64,000 nucleotides of DNA from Nitrospirota bacterium (GTDB lineage Bacteria; Nitrospirota; UBA9217). The stretch lies in contig CAVTRN010000001.1 in assembly GCA_963737155.1 (NCBI GenBank), positions 896,001-960,000 of the forward strand. The letters run 5' to 3'. The notes under the pieces were generated by a model, which worked only from the letters and a program-made list of their open reading frames with translations, was not told the DNA's origin and ran no database searches. The position numbers were made by a program, and so were the translations under genes. This document shows positions 1 to 11,148 of the stretch, one piece after another. How positions within the stretch are numbered: the stretch's first letter is position 1; each line of letters begins with the position of its first letter.

Positions 1-1316
1 TATGTTCTATGCCGTCATCGGAAGCGAACTGAGGAAATTACTCGCAGGGCTGTGTGTTGTCAAATCGCTCGACGTATCGTTGCCAGGCAGGCGATAATAA
101 AATCACAGTATGAATTTATATAGAGAAATAATCCTAGCTATAAAAAACCTTTGGGCTGTGCCGACGATCCTAGGAAATAGGGATTCAAAGATTGTAAGTC
201 TGGAGCCATCCCATAGTGACGCTTGCAACGCTCCATGTCCGACAGGAACCTTTCGGTCAGGATATGGGAGGACGGGCTTCGCGCTTTTGTAAACGTCAAT
301 GACCGTGCCAGAACTTCTGGCATGGTGATTACGAGTTCCGTTTAGAATCGGTATGAATGCTGGTATTCAACGATTACATTTAAATTTTGTTTTTGTGATG
401 AAATGCCCTTTATATACACATTATCGAAGTTTAGCAATACTTCAGGTGGTGAGCAAGGCGCCGAAGGACCTACAGCTGTTTTTATGAAAGACTGAGGCTG
501 CCGATGCCGAACAACCGAAGTTAGTTCAAGATGTGGTGCCGACTTTTTTTGCCACCTCTGCGAATTAACATGCTGATTTATGGGAACTTTTCATATTTTA
601 AACTACGGAAGATGGGCTGGCTCCGATGAAAAAAGAGGATAGGGATCACGAATCATCGGAGGAAATGAAGTGGAAGAGTTTATCAAGCCCTTCCGCCCCC
701 GATGTTTGATTTTGTCCAAATAAGACGCCAGATTTAAACTAGCCATATTGTTTTGCAATTTCAATTTGTTACGGTAGCTTACCGATAAGTCGGATAATAT
801 CTGGAAGACAATGTTATTACACGAACTAACAGAAGGAGAATGATATTTTTACCCTTTTTATTTTCTTCGTGTCTTAATTAACTCAAACGCTTACCACAAG
901 GTTTTTTCGAAACCTCCTCATTATTTATAATGTAGTTGGCATAAAAAAAACCATTTGATTCAAGATAAAATTTATTTTTTAGTGATGTCTATGAAGAAAA
1001 GCAAGAGTAGTTACGAGATGGCAAACCTTAGGGATACCGATTCCGGAATTCGTTTTTGTCGCTGTTGCTAAAGCAACCGGGGTTACAGCCGAATATAAAA
1101 ACGTTAGCGCAAATTAAAAAACATCCGTTGGAACATGATCTTCTCACGCTGTAAAACGATATTTCATTGAAATACTCAAGAAAAAATGCTACAATGCCGT
1201 TTTACAAATCATCTTTGCAGCCTCCATTTATTGTCGGTCACAAATCCAGCTATTCTTAGAGTGGCGCTGCATAATGAGCAGGCATATATCCGCATTATTG
1301 AGGAGTACCTGAGACC

Positions 1317-2540
1317 ATGGTGTCTATGCAAGATTCTCATGATAACCGGAAGGACCGCATCAACTCTTCGGTATTCCATCGGAATCGATGGCTGATGCTT
1401 TTTGTGGTTTGCCTCCTGATCATCGGGGCATATATTTTCTTGAACAGGGTAGATCGGAAGGCGCGTGCGGCCCAGCAAGGACCGTCATCGGCGCCGGCTG
1501 CCCCGGTTTCGGTGGCCCCGGTGAAAAAGGAGGATTTTGGCGTTTACCTTCCCGGCCTTGGCGCTGTCCTATCGTTCAACACCGTCACCGTGAAGACCCT
1601 CGTTGACGGTCAGATGACTAAAGTCCTTTTCCGGGAAGGTCAAGTTGTAAGTAAAGGCGAGCTCTTGGCCGAAATCGACCCGAGACCGTTCGAGGTCCAG
1701 CTGACCCAGGTGGAAGGTTCATTAGCCCGCGATCAGGCTCTATTGCAAAACGCCAAGGTCGACCTGGAGCGGTATAAGGACTTGGTCAAGAAGGATCTCA
1801 TCCCCACACAGCAGCTTGACACGCAGCAAGCCTTGGTGCACCAGTACGAAGGCATGGTCAAGACCGACCAAGGCCAGATCGACAGTGCGAAGCTGCAGCT
1901 GGTCTACGCCCACATTACATCACCGATCAGCGGCCGCATCGGCCTGCGCCTCGTGGACCCGGGCAACATTGTGCATGCGGCCGACGCCAACGGGCTTGCA
2001 GTCATCACCCAGGTACAGCCAATCGCGGTGATTTTCTCCATACCTGAAGATAATCTCCCGCAGGTATTGAGTAAATTCAAGAGCGGGGTACGGCTGACGG
2101 TCGAGGCGTACGACAGGGAACAGAAGCAAAAAATCGCCACCGGCACCCTTTTGACGATAGACAACCAGATCGACCCGACCACGGGTACGGTCAAACTCAA
2201 GGCCGTGTTCCCGAATACGAACAATGAACTTTTTCCGAACCAGTTTGTCAATGCACGCCTTATCATCGAAGTCAAACACGGCGCAATCATCGTGCCTGCA
2301 CCCGCCATACAGCGGGGGCCCGAGGGCACATTCGTTTATGTGGTGAAAGCAGACCAGACGGCGGCACTGCGTCCGGTCACCATCGGGGTCACTCAGGAAG
2401 GTAACGCATCCATTACGACTGGGCTGTCTGGTGGCGAACTCGTCGTGGTAGACGGAGCGGATCGACTGCGCGACGGAAGCAAGGTTGAAGTAGTGGGCCA
2501 AAACAGCGGGACCCCGAATCCTCAAAGGCAAAGCAAATGA
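1317..2540 (+). CDS. mdtA: RND efflux membrane-fusion (periplasmic adaptor) subunit, MdtA/MuxA family
   Basis: N-terminal TM segment; typical motifs '[28 protein letters not shown]', '[18 protein letters not shown]' and '[15 protein letters not shown]'; ATGA overlap with mdtB. Exact start uncertain. Confidence 0.92.
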   Translation: MVSMQDSHDNRKDRINSSVFHRNRWLMLFVVCLLIIGAYIFLNRVDRKARAAQQGPSSAPAAPVSVAPVKKEDFGVYLPGLGAVLSFNTVTVKTLVDGQMTKVLFREGQVVSKGELLAEIDPRPFEVQLTQVEGSLARDQALLQNAKVDLERYKDLVKKDLIPTQQLDTQQALVHQYEGMVKTDQGQIDSAKLQLVYAHITSPISGRIGLRLVDPGNIVHAADANGLAVITQVQPIAVIFSIPEDNLPQVLSKFKSGVRLTVEAYDREQKQKIATGTLLTIDNQIDPTTGTVKLKAVFPNTNNELFPNQFVNARLIIEVKHGAIIVPAPAIQRGPEGTFVYVVKADQTAALRPVTIGVTQEGNASITTGLSGGELVVVDGADRLRDGSKVEVVGQNSGTPNPQRQSK

Positions 2541-5500
2541 ACATCTCCCGCATCTTCATTGAGAGACCGGTTGCAACTACCCTCTTGATGATCGCAATTC
2601 TTCTTGCTGGAGCGGTAGCGTACAAGCAGCTTCCGGTTTCTGCCCTGCCAGAGGTTGATTACCCGACCATCCAGATCAGAACGTTCTATCCTGGTGCAAG
2701 CTCCGAGGTCATGGCCACCTCCATTACGGCACCGCTCGAGCGCCAGTTCGGCCAGATGCCGGGTCTTACCCAGATGACCTCGGCGAGCTCTGGAGGCAGT
2801 TCGATCATCACGCTGCAGTTCAGTCTCGACCTTTCACTCGATGTTGCCGAGCAGGAGGTCCAGGCTGCCATCAACGCGGCTTACTCCTTTCTGCCTCCGG
2901 ACCTCCCGACCCCGCCGGTCTACAGCAAAGTAAACCCCGCAGACACGCCGATCTTGACCATGGCGCTCACCTCAAATACGTTGGCTCTCCCGCAGGTTGA
3001 AGATATGGCGGACACGCGGTTCGCCCAAAAAATTTCCCAGCTGCCCGGAGTTGGGCTTGTGAGCCTATCTGGCGGCCAGCGTCCTGCAGTCTCTATTCAC
3101 GCCAATCCCACGGCTCTTGCGGCCTACGGCCTGACGCTTGAAGACGTGCGAACTGCCGTTACTGCCGCGAATGTCAACGAGGCTAAGGGCGGCTTTGACG
3201 GCCCGCGCCAGGCGTATATCATCGGCGCGAACGACCAGCTCTTTTCGAGCAAGGATTATCGGCCGCTTGTCATCGCCTATCGCAACAACGCTCCGGTACG
3301 CCTGTCCGACGTCGCAGATGTGGTGGATGATGCCGAAAACGTGGACGAGGCCGCCTGGATCAATACGTCTCCCGGTGTGATCGTGAATATCCAGCGCCAG
3401 CCGGGCGCCAACGTCATCGAGGTCGTTGACCGGATCAAAAAACTTTTGCCGCAGCTCCAGAATGCATTGCCCTCGTCCATCAAGGTCACGATCCTGACCG
3501 ACCGTACGACAACCATCCGGGCCTCGGTAAGGGACGTCGAGTATGAGCTGCTGCTTTCCGTTGCGCTAGTCATTCTCGTCATTTACCTGTTCCTGCGCAA
3601 CCTCCCGGCAACGACCATCCCGAGCGTTGCCGTACCGCTTTCCCTCGTCGGCACCTTCGGCGTGATGTATTTGATGGGCTTCAGCCTGAACAACCTTTCG
3701 CTTATGGCCTTAACGATCTCGACGGGTTTTGTCGTCGATGATGCGATCGTGATGATCGAGAATATTTCCCGCTATGTCGAAGAGGGGGAAACGCCGAAGC
3801 AGGCAGCCCTCAAAGGAGCCAGGCAGATAGGGTTCACGATCCTCTCGCTCACCGTATCGCTCATCGCGGTGCTTATCCCGTTGCTGTTCATGGGGGACGT
3901 GGTCGGCCGCCTCTTCCGGGAGTTCGCCATCACTCTGGGAGTCACGATCCTGATTTCAGCAATCGTTTCATTAACGCTTACGCCCATGATGTGCGCGCGG
4001 ATACTGAAGCATGTTCCCGAGGAAAGGCAGGGAAGGTTCTACCATACGTCCCAGCTTTATTTCGACAGGATCATTGCGGCTTACGGGCGGACGCTAAAAT
4101 GGGTTCTTCAGCACCAGACAGCGACGCTCGCTGTTGCCGTGAGTACGCTGGTCCTGACTGTGCTGCTCTATGCTATCGTTCCGAAAGGTTTTTTCCCCGT
4201 CCAGGACACAGGAGTGATTCAGGGGATATCGGAAGCGTCGCAGTCGATCTCCTTCCCTGCCATGTCCGAACGGCAGCAGGAGCTTGCCAAAGTTATCCTC
4301 AAAGATCCAGCCGTCGAAAGCCTTTCTTCCTTCATTGGCGTGGATGGGACCAACACGACTTTAAACAGTGGAAGGATTCTGATCAACCTCAAGCCATTGA
4401 ACAAGCGGGATGCGAGCTCGATCGAGATCATCAGGCGCCTCCAGCCTGAATTGGCCAAAGTCGAGGGCATCACGCTCTACATGCAGCCCGTGCAGGACCT
4501 CACGGTGGATACAAAGGTGAGTCGCACCGAGTTCCAGTATACGCTCGATGACCCCAATACCGACGAGTTGAAAACGCTGGCGCCGAAGATGATCGATGTA
4601 CTGCACACCCTGCCAGAGTTGCGCGACGTGAGCACCGACCAGCAGGACCTGGGGCTCAGGGTGGCGCTTTCGATCGATCGGAGCACTGCTGCGCGGTTCG
4701 GTATCACGCCGCAGAACATCGACAACGCGCTCTACGACGCCTTTGGCCAGCGCCAGGTGTCCACGATCTTTACCGAGCTGAACCAGTATCACGTCGTGCT
4801 CGGGGTCAAGCCTGACTTCCAGCAAGGGCCTGGCGGATTACAGTCGATCTATCTGAGCGGGACGAGCGGCAGACAAGTTCCGCTCGCTGCAATCACTCAG
4901 GTATCGGAAACAACAGGTCCCCTGATCATAAACCGGCAGGGCCAGTTTCCTGCCGTGACAGCTTCGTTCAACCTTGCACCGCAGGCATCGCTTGGTGAGG
5001 CAGTTGACGCGATCGAGACAGCGGCACGGCGATTGAATTTCCCTCTGAGCTTCCACGGGAGTTTCCAAGGTACGGCCCAGGCATTCAAGGCCTCGCTGAC
5101 CAATGAGCCGCTTTTGATTCTTGCCGCACTCATAACGGTCTATATCGTGCTGGGCGTATTGTACGAAAGCTACATACACCCGGTTACGATCCTTTCAACG
5201 CTTCCCTCGGCAGGGGTCGGTGCAGTGCTTTCGCTGATGCTCTTTCATACCGAACTCTCCGTCATCGCCATTATCGGCATCATCCTTCTGATTGGTATCG
5301 TGAAGAAAAACGGCATCATGATGATCGACTTCGCGCTTGAAGCTGAGCGCAAGGAAGGAAAGAGTCCTGAAGAGGCGATCTACCAGGCCTGCCTCCTACG
5401 GTTTCGGCCGATTATGATGACGACCATGGCCGCGCTTTTGGGAGCATTGCCCTTAGCGCTCGGGCACGGGGTGGGGTCCGAACTCCGCCGCCCCCTCGGC

Positions 5501-5620
5501 ATCTCCATCGTAGGCGGACTTATATTCAGCCAGGTCCTCACCCTTTATACGACACCGGTCATTTACCTCTGGTTCGACCGGCTTGCAGGAAGGGTTAAAG
5601 AAATCCGTTCCAAAAGCTAG
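2537..5620 (+). CDS. mdtB: RND efflux permease, MdtB family
   Basis: 1027 aa; '[12 protein letters not shown]', 'LPEVDYPTI', '[14 protein letters not shown]', '[15 protein letters not shown]'. Confidence 0.93.
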   Translation: MNISRIFIERPVATTLLMIAILLAGAVAYKQLPVSALPEVDYPTIQIRTFYPGASSEVMATSITAPLERQFGQMPGLTQMTSASSGGSSIITLQFSLDLSLDVAEQEVQAAINAAYSFLPPDLPTPPVYSKVNPADTPILTMALTSNTLALPQVEDMADTRFAQKISQLPGVGLVSLSGGQRPAVSIHANPTALAAYGLTLEDVRTAVTAANVNEAKGGFDGPRQAYIIGANDQLFSSKDYRPLVIAYRNNAPVRLSDVADVVDDAENVDEAAWINTSPGVIVNIQRQPGANVIEVVDRIKKLLPQLQNALPSSIKVTILTDRTTTIRASVRDVEYELLLSVALVILVIYLFLRNLPATTIPSVAVPLSLVGTFGVMYLMGFSLNNLSLMALTISTGFVVDDAIVMIENISRYVEEGETPKQAALKGARQIGFTILSLTVSLIAVLIPLLFMGDVVGRLFREFAITLGVTILISAIVSLTLTPMMCARILKHVPEERQGRFYHTSQLYFDRIIAAYGRTLKWVLQHQTATLAVAVSTLVLTVLLYAIVPKGFFPVQDTGVIQGISEASQSISFPAMSERQQELAKVILKDPAVESLSSFIGVDGTNTTLNSGRILINLKPLNKRDASSIEIIRRLQPELAKVEGITLYMQPVQDLTVDTKVSRTEFQYTLDDPNTDELKTLAPKMIDVLHTLPELRDVSTDQQDLGLRVALSIDRSTAARFGITPQNIDNALYDAFGQRQVSTIFTELNQYHVVLGVKPDFQQGPGGLQSIYLSGTSGRQVPLAAITQVSETTGPLIINRQGQFPAVTASFNLAPQASLGEAVDAIETAARRLNFPLSFHGSFQGTAQAFKASLTNEPLLILAALITVYIVLGVLYESYIHPVTILSTLPSAGVGAVLSLMLFHTELSVIAIIGIILLIGIVKKNGIMMIDFALEAERKEGKSPEEAIYQACLLRFRPIMMTTMAALLGALPLALGHGVGSELRRPLGISIVGGLIFSQVLTLYTTPVIYLWFDRLAGRVKEIRSKS

Positions 5621-5667
5621 ACAATTATACGAAGTGAAAGAATAAAAGGTTGAAGAAAAGACAGCAG

Positions 5668-5915
5668 TTTTTACCGCAGAGAGGACGCTGAGAGAATTGA
5701 TTATTCATTCGCCAGAAAACTGAATAAATAGATTTACCTCATTTAGCAGCGAAAATTTTGGGAGAAGAAAGGAAGAAAAAAGACGGCGAAAAGGGGTTAA
5801 AGACTATAAGAATCTTTTGTTTCTCCCTTCACCTTATCCTGGTTTTCGAGCTTGAGAGTTTTTATGTTTGAATTTATTCACTGAACTTTTCCGCTTTTTC
5901 TGCGGTGTAAAGTTT
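5668..5915. repeat. AT-rich insert with degenerate inverted ends (REP/MITE-like) between mdtB and mdtC
   Basis: TTTTTACCGCAGAGAGGACGCTGAG at 5668 and CCGCTTTTTCTGCGGTGTAAA at 5891-5911 share an inverted ACCGCAGA core; the 327-bp spacer splits genes that are normally abutting. Confidence 0.4.
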
Positions 5916-5947
5916 TTTCTGATAATGGATATCGGAACGGAATCAGA

Positions 5948-8900
5948 GTGAACATTTCAGCAGTATTCATTAAGAGACCGGTCGCAACAACGCTCCTGAC
6001 GTTGGGACTCGTGCTCTCCGGAGTGTTAGCTTTTCGTATGCTCCCGGTGTCGCCGCTTCCCCAGGTGGATTTCCCGACGATTTCGGTGCAGGCATCGCTT
6101 CCAGGCGCAAACCCGGAAACCATGTCCACGTCGGTCGCGGCTCCCTTGGAACGTCAGTTCGGTCGCATCGCCGGCGTTGCGGAAATGACGTCAACCAGTA
6201 ATCAAGGCTCGACGGGCATCACTCTGCAGTTCGACCTGAACCGCGACATCGACGGAGCGGCGCGCGACGTCCAGGCTGCGATCAATGCCGCGAGGGGTTA
6301 CCTGCCTGCCAACCTTCCCTCGAACCCGACGTATCGGAAAGTCAATCCCTCGGACGCACCCATACTCATTCTTGCCCTTACCTCGGATACGAAGACCCGG
6401 GCGCAGATGTACGATGTGGCCTCTTCCATCCTCGCGCAGAAGCTTTCCCAGGTGGGCGGGGTGGGACAGGTGTTCGTAGGAGGGAGTTCCCTGCCGGCAG
6501 TACGCGTCGAATTAAGCCCCATGGTGCTCTCGAAATACGGCATTAGCCTGGAAGACGTGCGAAGCGTACTAGCAAGCACGAACGTCAACTCGCCCAAGGG
6601 GCAATTGGCGTTTGGCAACAAAACGTGGGACATTCAAGCGAACGACCAGCTGAGAACAGCTGAACCATATTTGCCCCTGGTTGTCAGGTACCAGTCAGGG
6701 GATGCGGTGCGGCTTAGTGACATAGCTGACGTGAAGGAATCGGTAGAGGACCTGCGTAATGCGGGGTTCGTGAATGGCAAGCCGACCGTAATGGTCATCG
6801 TGTTTCGCCAGCCCGGCGCAAACATAATCGAGACCGTGGACAATGTGCGAGAGCTTCTTCCGCAGCTGAAAGCTGCCCTGCCCAGCGATATCGACCTTTC
6901 GGTTGTACTCGACCGAAGTCCGTCGATCCGCGGCTCGCTTCGGGACGTCGAGTGGACGCTTCTGGCGTCGGGCGTGCTCGTGATCCTCGTGGTGTTCTGG
7001 TTCCTGCGGCACGTACGTTCCACGATTATTCCGGCAGTCGCGGTCGCCGTCTCCATCATCGGCACCTTCGGCGTGATGTACCTTTGCGGCTACTCGCTCG
7101 ACAACCTCTCTCTTATGGCGCTCACGATTTCAACAGGGTTTGTGGTCGACGATGCAATCGTCGTCCTAGAAAACATCACCCGCTACAGGGAGAAAGGGGA
7201 ATCTCCCTTCCAGGCCGCCCTGTCCGGGACCAAAGAAATCATCTTCACGGTCCTGTCCATGAGCACCTCGCTTATTGCTGTGTTCATCCCTATTCTCCTC
7301 ATGGGCGGCATGGTGGGCAGGCTCTTTCGTGAATTTGCGGTAACGCTTTCGGCGGCAATCATGGTCTCGCTCCTCGTATCACTCACCACAACGCCTATGA
7401 TGTGCGCAATGATCCTGAGGCCCGAAAAGCAAAGTACACACGGCATCCTGTTCCGGTTCAGCGAATGGACGTTTAATTGGATGCACGAACATTACGAAAG
7501 GAGTCTTCGCTGGGCCCTCGGTCACGCCCGCTTCATGCTTGCTATCATCGTGATAACGGTCGTGACAAACGTGATTCTGTTTATCTACGTGCCCAAGGGG
7601 TTCTTCCCAGATCAGGACACGGGGAGGATTGCCGGAATCATCCAGGCGGCGCAGGACACATCGTTCCAGGCAATGCAGGGAAAACTACTGGACATTGTTA
7701 ATGTGATTAAGACGGATCCAGATGTTGACTATGTGATTGGCTTCACGGGCGGAGGCGGAGGGTCAACGACAAACACAGCACGGATGTTCATCTCGCTCAA
7801 GGCCTTTGGGAAGCGAAATAACAGCGCTGCACAAATCATCGCGCGTCTGCGCAAAAAACTGACCGGCGTGCCCGGGGCACCTACATACCTTCAGCCGGTG
7901 CAGGACCTGCGTATCGGAGGGAAGATCAGCAATGCGTTCTATCAGTTTACGCTCCAGGGTGAAAACCTTGCGGAGCTGAACGAATGGGGCCCGCGCGTGC
8001 TTCAGAAGCTGAAAAAGATACCGCAACTGGTCGACGTGAGCAGCGACCAGCAGAGCAGTGGGCTGGAGTCTACGCTTATGATCGACCGCGCCTCCGCTTC
8101 GCGGATGGGCATTACCACGAAATCCATCGACGATACGTTATACGATGCTTTCGGTCAAAGACAGGTTGCGGTCACCTATACGCTTTTGAACCAATATCAC
8201 GTAATCATGGAGGTCGAGCCTCGCTTCTGGCAGCGGCCCGATACGCTCAAAAACATCTACGTTCCTTCATCCAGCGGTCTACTCGTCCCCTTGGGCACTT
8301 TCACGCATTATGAACAGACTGCAACGGCGCTTGCGGTAAACCACCAGGGTCAATTCCCCTCGATTACAACGTCGTTCAACCTGGCACCCGGTGTGGCGCT
8401 CGGCGACGCCGTTAAGGCGGTCGAAGAGGCCATGCTTCAGATGGGCATGCCGCCGAGCATCAGGAGGATGTTCTCGGGAACTGCTCAGGCGTTCAAGGAC
8501 TCCCTTACCAATGAGCCACTTTTGATCCTTGCCGCGCTCATAGCGGTCTATATCGTTCTTGGCATATTGTACGAAAGCTATATCCATCCGATCACGATTC
8601 TTTCGACACTCCCCTCTGCGGGCGTGGGTGCGTTGGTCGCTATGATGATCTTCAAAATTGACCTCAGTGTGATAGCCATCATCGGGATACTCCTTTTGAT
8701 CGGCATTGTTAAGAAAAACGGCATACTGATGGTCGATTTCGCTCTGGATTTGGAGCGCAGGGAAGGGAAGAGCCCGGAAGAGGCGATTTATCAGGCCTGT
8801 CTCCTGCGGTTCAGGCCGATCATGATGACGACCATGGCTGCTCTTTTGGGCGCCCTGCCTCTTGCCGTGGGCAATGGTGTGGGATCGGAGCTCCGTCGAC

Positions 8901-9058
8901 CGCTCGGCATTGCTATCGTGGGCGGACTGATCTTCAGCCAGATGCTCACGCTATACACGACACCTGTGGTATACCTCTATCTTGACCGGTTTAGGATTTG
9001 GTTCGAAGCTCAGCGAGGCGGGAGAAGGCGAAATAGCATGGGACGAGATTCCCTATAA
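5948..9058 (+). CDS. mdtC: RND efflux permease, MdtC family
   Basis: 1036 aa, GTG start; paralogous to mdtB with 'LPQVDFPTI', 'NLPSNPTYRKVNP', 'QPVQDLRIGG'; second permease of the mdtABC arrangement. Confidence 0.9.
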   Translation: MNISAVFIKRPVATTLLTLGLVLSGVLAFRMLPVSPLPQVDFPTISVQASLPGANPETMSTSVAAPLERQFGRIAGVAEMTSTSNQGSTGITLQFDLNRDIDGAARDVQAAINAARGYLPANLPSNPTYRKVNPSDAPILILALTSDTKTRAQMYDVASSILAQKLSQVGGVGQVFVGGSSLPAVRVELSPMVLSKYGISLEDVRSVLASTNVNSPKGQLAFGNKTWDIQANDQLRTAEPYLPLVVRYQSGDAVRLSDIADVKESVEDLRNAGFVNGKPTVMVIVFRQPGANIIETVDNVRELLPQLKAALPSDIDLSVVLDRSPSIRGSLRDVEWTLLASGVLVILVVFWFLRHVRSTIIPAVAVAVSIIGTFGVMYLCGYSLDNLSLMALTISTGFVVDDAIVVLENITRYREKGESPFQAALSGTKEIIFTVLSMSTSLIAVFIPILLMGGMVGRLFREFAVTLSAAIMVSLLVSLTTTPMMCAMILRPEKQSTHGILFRFSEWTFNWMHEHYERSLRWALGHARFMLAIIVITVVTNVILFIYVPKGFFPDQDTGRIAGIIQAAQDTSFQAMQGKLLDIVNVIKTDPDVDYVIGFTGGGGGSTTNTARMFISLKAFGKRNNSAAQIIARLRKKLTGVPGAPTYLQPVQDLRIGGKISNAFYQFTLQGENLAELNEWGPRVLQKLKKIPQLVDVSSDQQSSGLESTLMIDRASASRMGITTKSIDDTLYDAFGQRQVAVTYTLLNQYHVIMEVEPRFWQRPDTLKNIYVPSSSGLLVPLGTFTHYEQTATALAVNHQGQFPSITTSFNLAPGVALGDAVKAVEEAMLQMGMPPSIRRMFSGTAQAFKDSLTNEPLLILAALIAVYIVLGILYESYIHPITILSTLPSAGVGALVAMMIFKIDLSVIAIIGILLLIGIVKKNGILMVDFALDLERREGKSPEEAIYQACLLRFRPIMMTTMAALLGALPLAVGNGVGSELRRPLGIAIVGGLIFSQMLTLYTTPVVYLYLDRFRIWFEAQRGGRRRNSMGRDSL

Positions 9059-9391
9059 AATCCTGTGACGGCAGCTTATATCGCCTTTCGGACGGGATAC
9101 GATACTGTTCATTTTCACCAGCCATACTTTGTTGCCTGACATGTCGTATCTCGCGACGAAACGAACGCTTTACGACGTATTCGACGATAGAGGCACCCCG
9201 AACGATATGTCAAGCCTTCTCTTTTTAAAGACAGCGTATGCCAGGGATTGAAGCCTGTTTCCTTCAATAATGATTACGTCAAGGACAACGCCGGAGTTTA
9301 AGGCTGGCATTTCAAATAAATAAGAAAAGAAGAGGGAATATCCTCTTGTCCCCCTTGTGAAACGCAAGTTAATAATACTGAAGTTCCTATC

Positions 9392-10267
9392 TTATGCGCT
9401 AATAAACAGCGCCCTTTCGATGGATTTGCGGTCCAGCATTTCTCCTATGACCACCAGACGGCTGTCCCCTATGTCCTTTTCAAACGGCGCCCTCTTCACC
9501 TTTTTGTAGACACTATCGAACAGATAGGGACCGTGGCTGGTATTGATCAATGCTTTGGCGCGAGCAACGGGCCCGAATTTTCCTCCGGCGATATCGTTGA
9601 AGACGCGGCTGATTGTTGTGAAGTCCATTTTTTTCTCCATTCGAATGGAGAGGGTCTCGAACCGGAAATGACAGTCGTTGCGACGGATCTCGCGGTGTGC
9701 CGGTGCTTCAGGCAGGGAAATACTGGGCACAGCGTTTACGGTTCGGAGAAGTACGGCACGGGGATTGATGGATCCGACCAGCTGCTCCGTGGCGGAGATC
9801 AATGCCTCCTGGGCGAGGTCGGTTTTGTTCAGCAGGAGAATGTCGGAATTCTCGATCTGGTCCTGAAAGAAGCTCCCATACATCCCTGATTCGCTCAGTT
9901 CCAGAAACTCCACAACGTCGATGATCCCAATGACCGACGCCCCGCCAAAGCCTGCGGTCTCGAGCGCTTCCAGCACACCCGAGGGCGATGCGACGCCGCT
10001 CGGTTCGATTAGCAGGCGTTCCGGAGAAAACTGTTTCACAATCCTCTGGATCGTCGTGATGAGGTCGAACTTCAGCGTGCAGCACACACATCCACTCGGC
10101 AGCTCTACGGTCTCGATGCCGCCAGAGGAGATTATCTCGCCATCGATGCCGACTGAGCCGAAATCGTTCACCATCACTACGGTTTTTTCTCCTACGCCCT
10201 GCAGAATGTTCTTGATGAACGTAGTCTTGCCAGAACCCAGTAATCCGCATACCACTGTTGTTTTCAT
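9392..10267 (-). CDS. CobW/COG0523 family G3E metallochaperone GTPase
   Basis: Walker A GLLGSGKTT, GCVCC metal motif, EPSG and NKTD; divergent from the corrinoid methyltransferase cluster. Confidence 0.9.
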   Translation of the reverse strand: MKTTVVCGLLGSGKTTFIKNILQGVGEKTVVMVNDFGSVGIDGEIISSGGIETVELPSGCVCCTLKFDLITTIQRIVKQFSPERLLIEPSGVASPSGVLEALETAGFGGASVIGIIDVVEFLELSESGMYGSFFQDQIENSDILLLNKTDLAQEALISATEQLVGSINPRAVLLRTVNAVPSISLPEAPAHREIRRNDCHFRFETLSIRMEKKMDFTTISRVFNDIAGGKFGPVARAKALINTSHGPYLFDSVYKKVKRAPFEKDIGDSRLVVIGEMLDRKSIERALFISA

Positions 10268-10481
10268 GATTTGTCCTTACTTGTACTGATGATTCCCTTT
10301 TTGTCTCAATGGATTGAGCAACATTTTCATTTACTCTCGCAACGACAATGCCACGAACTTAGCTTCTCAAAAATTACGGCACCGCATCACAGGGGTTAAT
10401 GTTACATTGCCATTTGAGCAATCTCTTGATTAACAGTAACATAAATAGCGGCTCTTAGTAGTATGAATAGAATGAGTAGCC

Positions 10482-10520
10482 TGGGGAAAAATGCCCCGCT
10501 GGGTGGGGAATAATTCTACT
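10482..10520. promoter_or_regulatory. Tandem imperfect palindromes, candidate enhancer (UAS) for a sigma54 activator
   Basis: TGGGGAAAAATGCCCCG (10482-10498) and TGGGGAATAATTCTACT (10504-10520), 22 bp apart, ~250 bp upstream of the sigma54 site. Confidence 0.55.
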
Positions 10521-10755
10521 ATTTTAGATACGGAGAAGATCGCAAGTTATAATTTGATGCTCCTCAACGACATCCTGTGCGACCTTTTTTCCCGGGTTCA
10601 CGACTTTCTCACGAGGGCGGATGCGCGAAGACGAATTAATTAAACCAATTTTGTCTATCATTACCAGAGTTTACCGTTTGCTACTCCAATTACCTCGCAT
10701 CTCTGAATTGTTACTTTTGAGCAGTCGAATATCCTTCTCTGCCGATTTATTTCTG

Positions 10756-10771
10756 TGGCATCACTGTTGCA
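10756..10771 (+). promoter_or_regulatory. Sigma54 (-24/-12) promoter
   Basis: TGGCATCACTGTTGCA matches TGGCA-N6-TTGCA with the exact GG-N10-GC spacing, immediately before the ATG at 10787. Confidence 0.8.
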
Positions 10772-10786
10772 ATTGATTGCCACGTC

Positions 10787-11119
10787 ATGAAGAAGACCAT
10801 CCTTTGTTCCTCCAATTCTATATTAATAAAAAACCTATATGGCATGTTAAGAGACGAAGGGTACCAAGTGGAAACCATCGAACATCCGGCCATGGCAGTG
10901 CAAATGGTCATGCGGAAGCGGTATGATTTTATTATTATCGATTCAGAACCGTTCGGACTATCCGGAGAAGATGCGGTCAAGATCATCAAGACCGTTGCTC
11001 CCGAAATACATGTCCTTTTCGTGGGGAGCGACTCCCGCGAAGACTACCGGCAAACCGCCGTACCACCGGTTGATCTCGAGATGCTAAAACGAACAATTCA
11101 CAATATGGCAATTGGATGA
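10787..11119 (+). CDS. Stand-alone atypical (pseudo-)receiver domain protein
   Basis: 'LRDEGYQVETIEHPAMAVQMVMRKRYDFIIID..GLSGEDAVKIIK' is CheY-like; the beta1 acidic pair and the KP lysine are absent. Confidence 0.7.
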   Translation: MKKTILCSSNSILIKNLYGMLRDEGYQVETIEHPAMAVQMVMRKRYDFIIIDSEPFGLSGEDAVKIIKTVAPEIHVLFVGSDSREDYRQTAVPPVDLEMLKRTIHNMAIG

Positions 11120-11148
11120 GTCATTCACTTGAAACGAAGGGAGATGCT

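Noticed and set aside
150-900. Hairpins and a vaguely BrnT-like broken reading in the AT-rich left end
   Set aside because: No continuous ORF or recognisable RNA family; the similarity is too weak to support.
1015-1095. Possible c-di-GMP-I (GEMM) riboswitch upstream of mdtA (GGCAAACC...CCGGGGTTAC)
   Set aside because: It lacks the GNRA-capped P2 stem and the GACGCAAAGC segment; the match is too partial.
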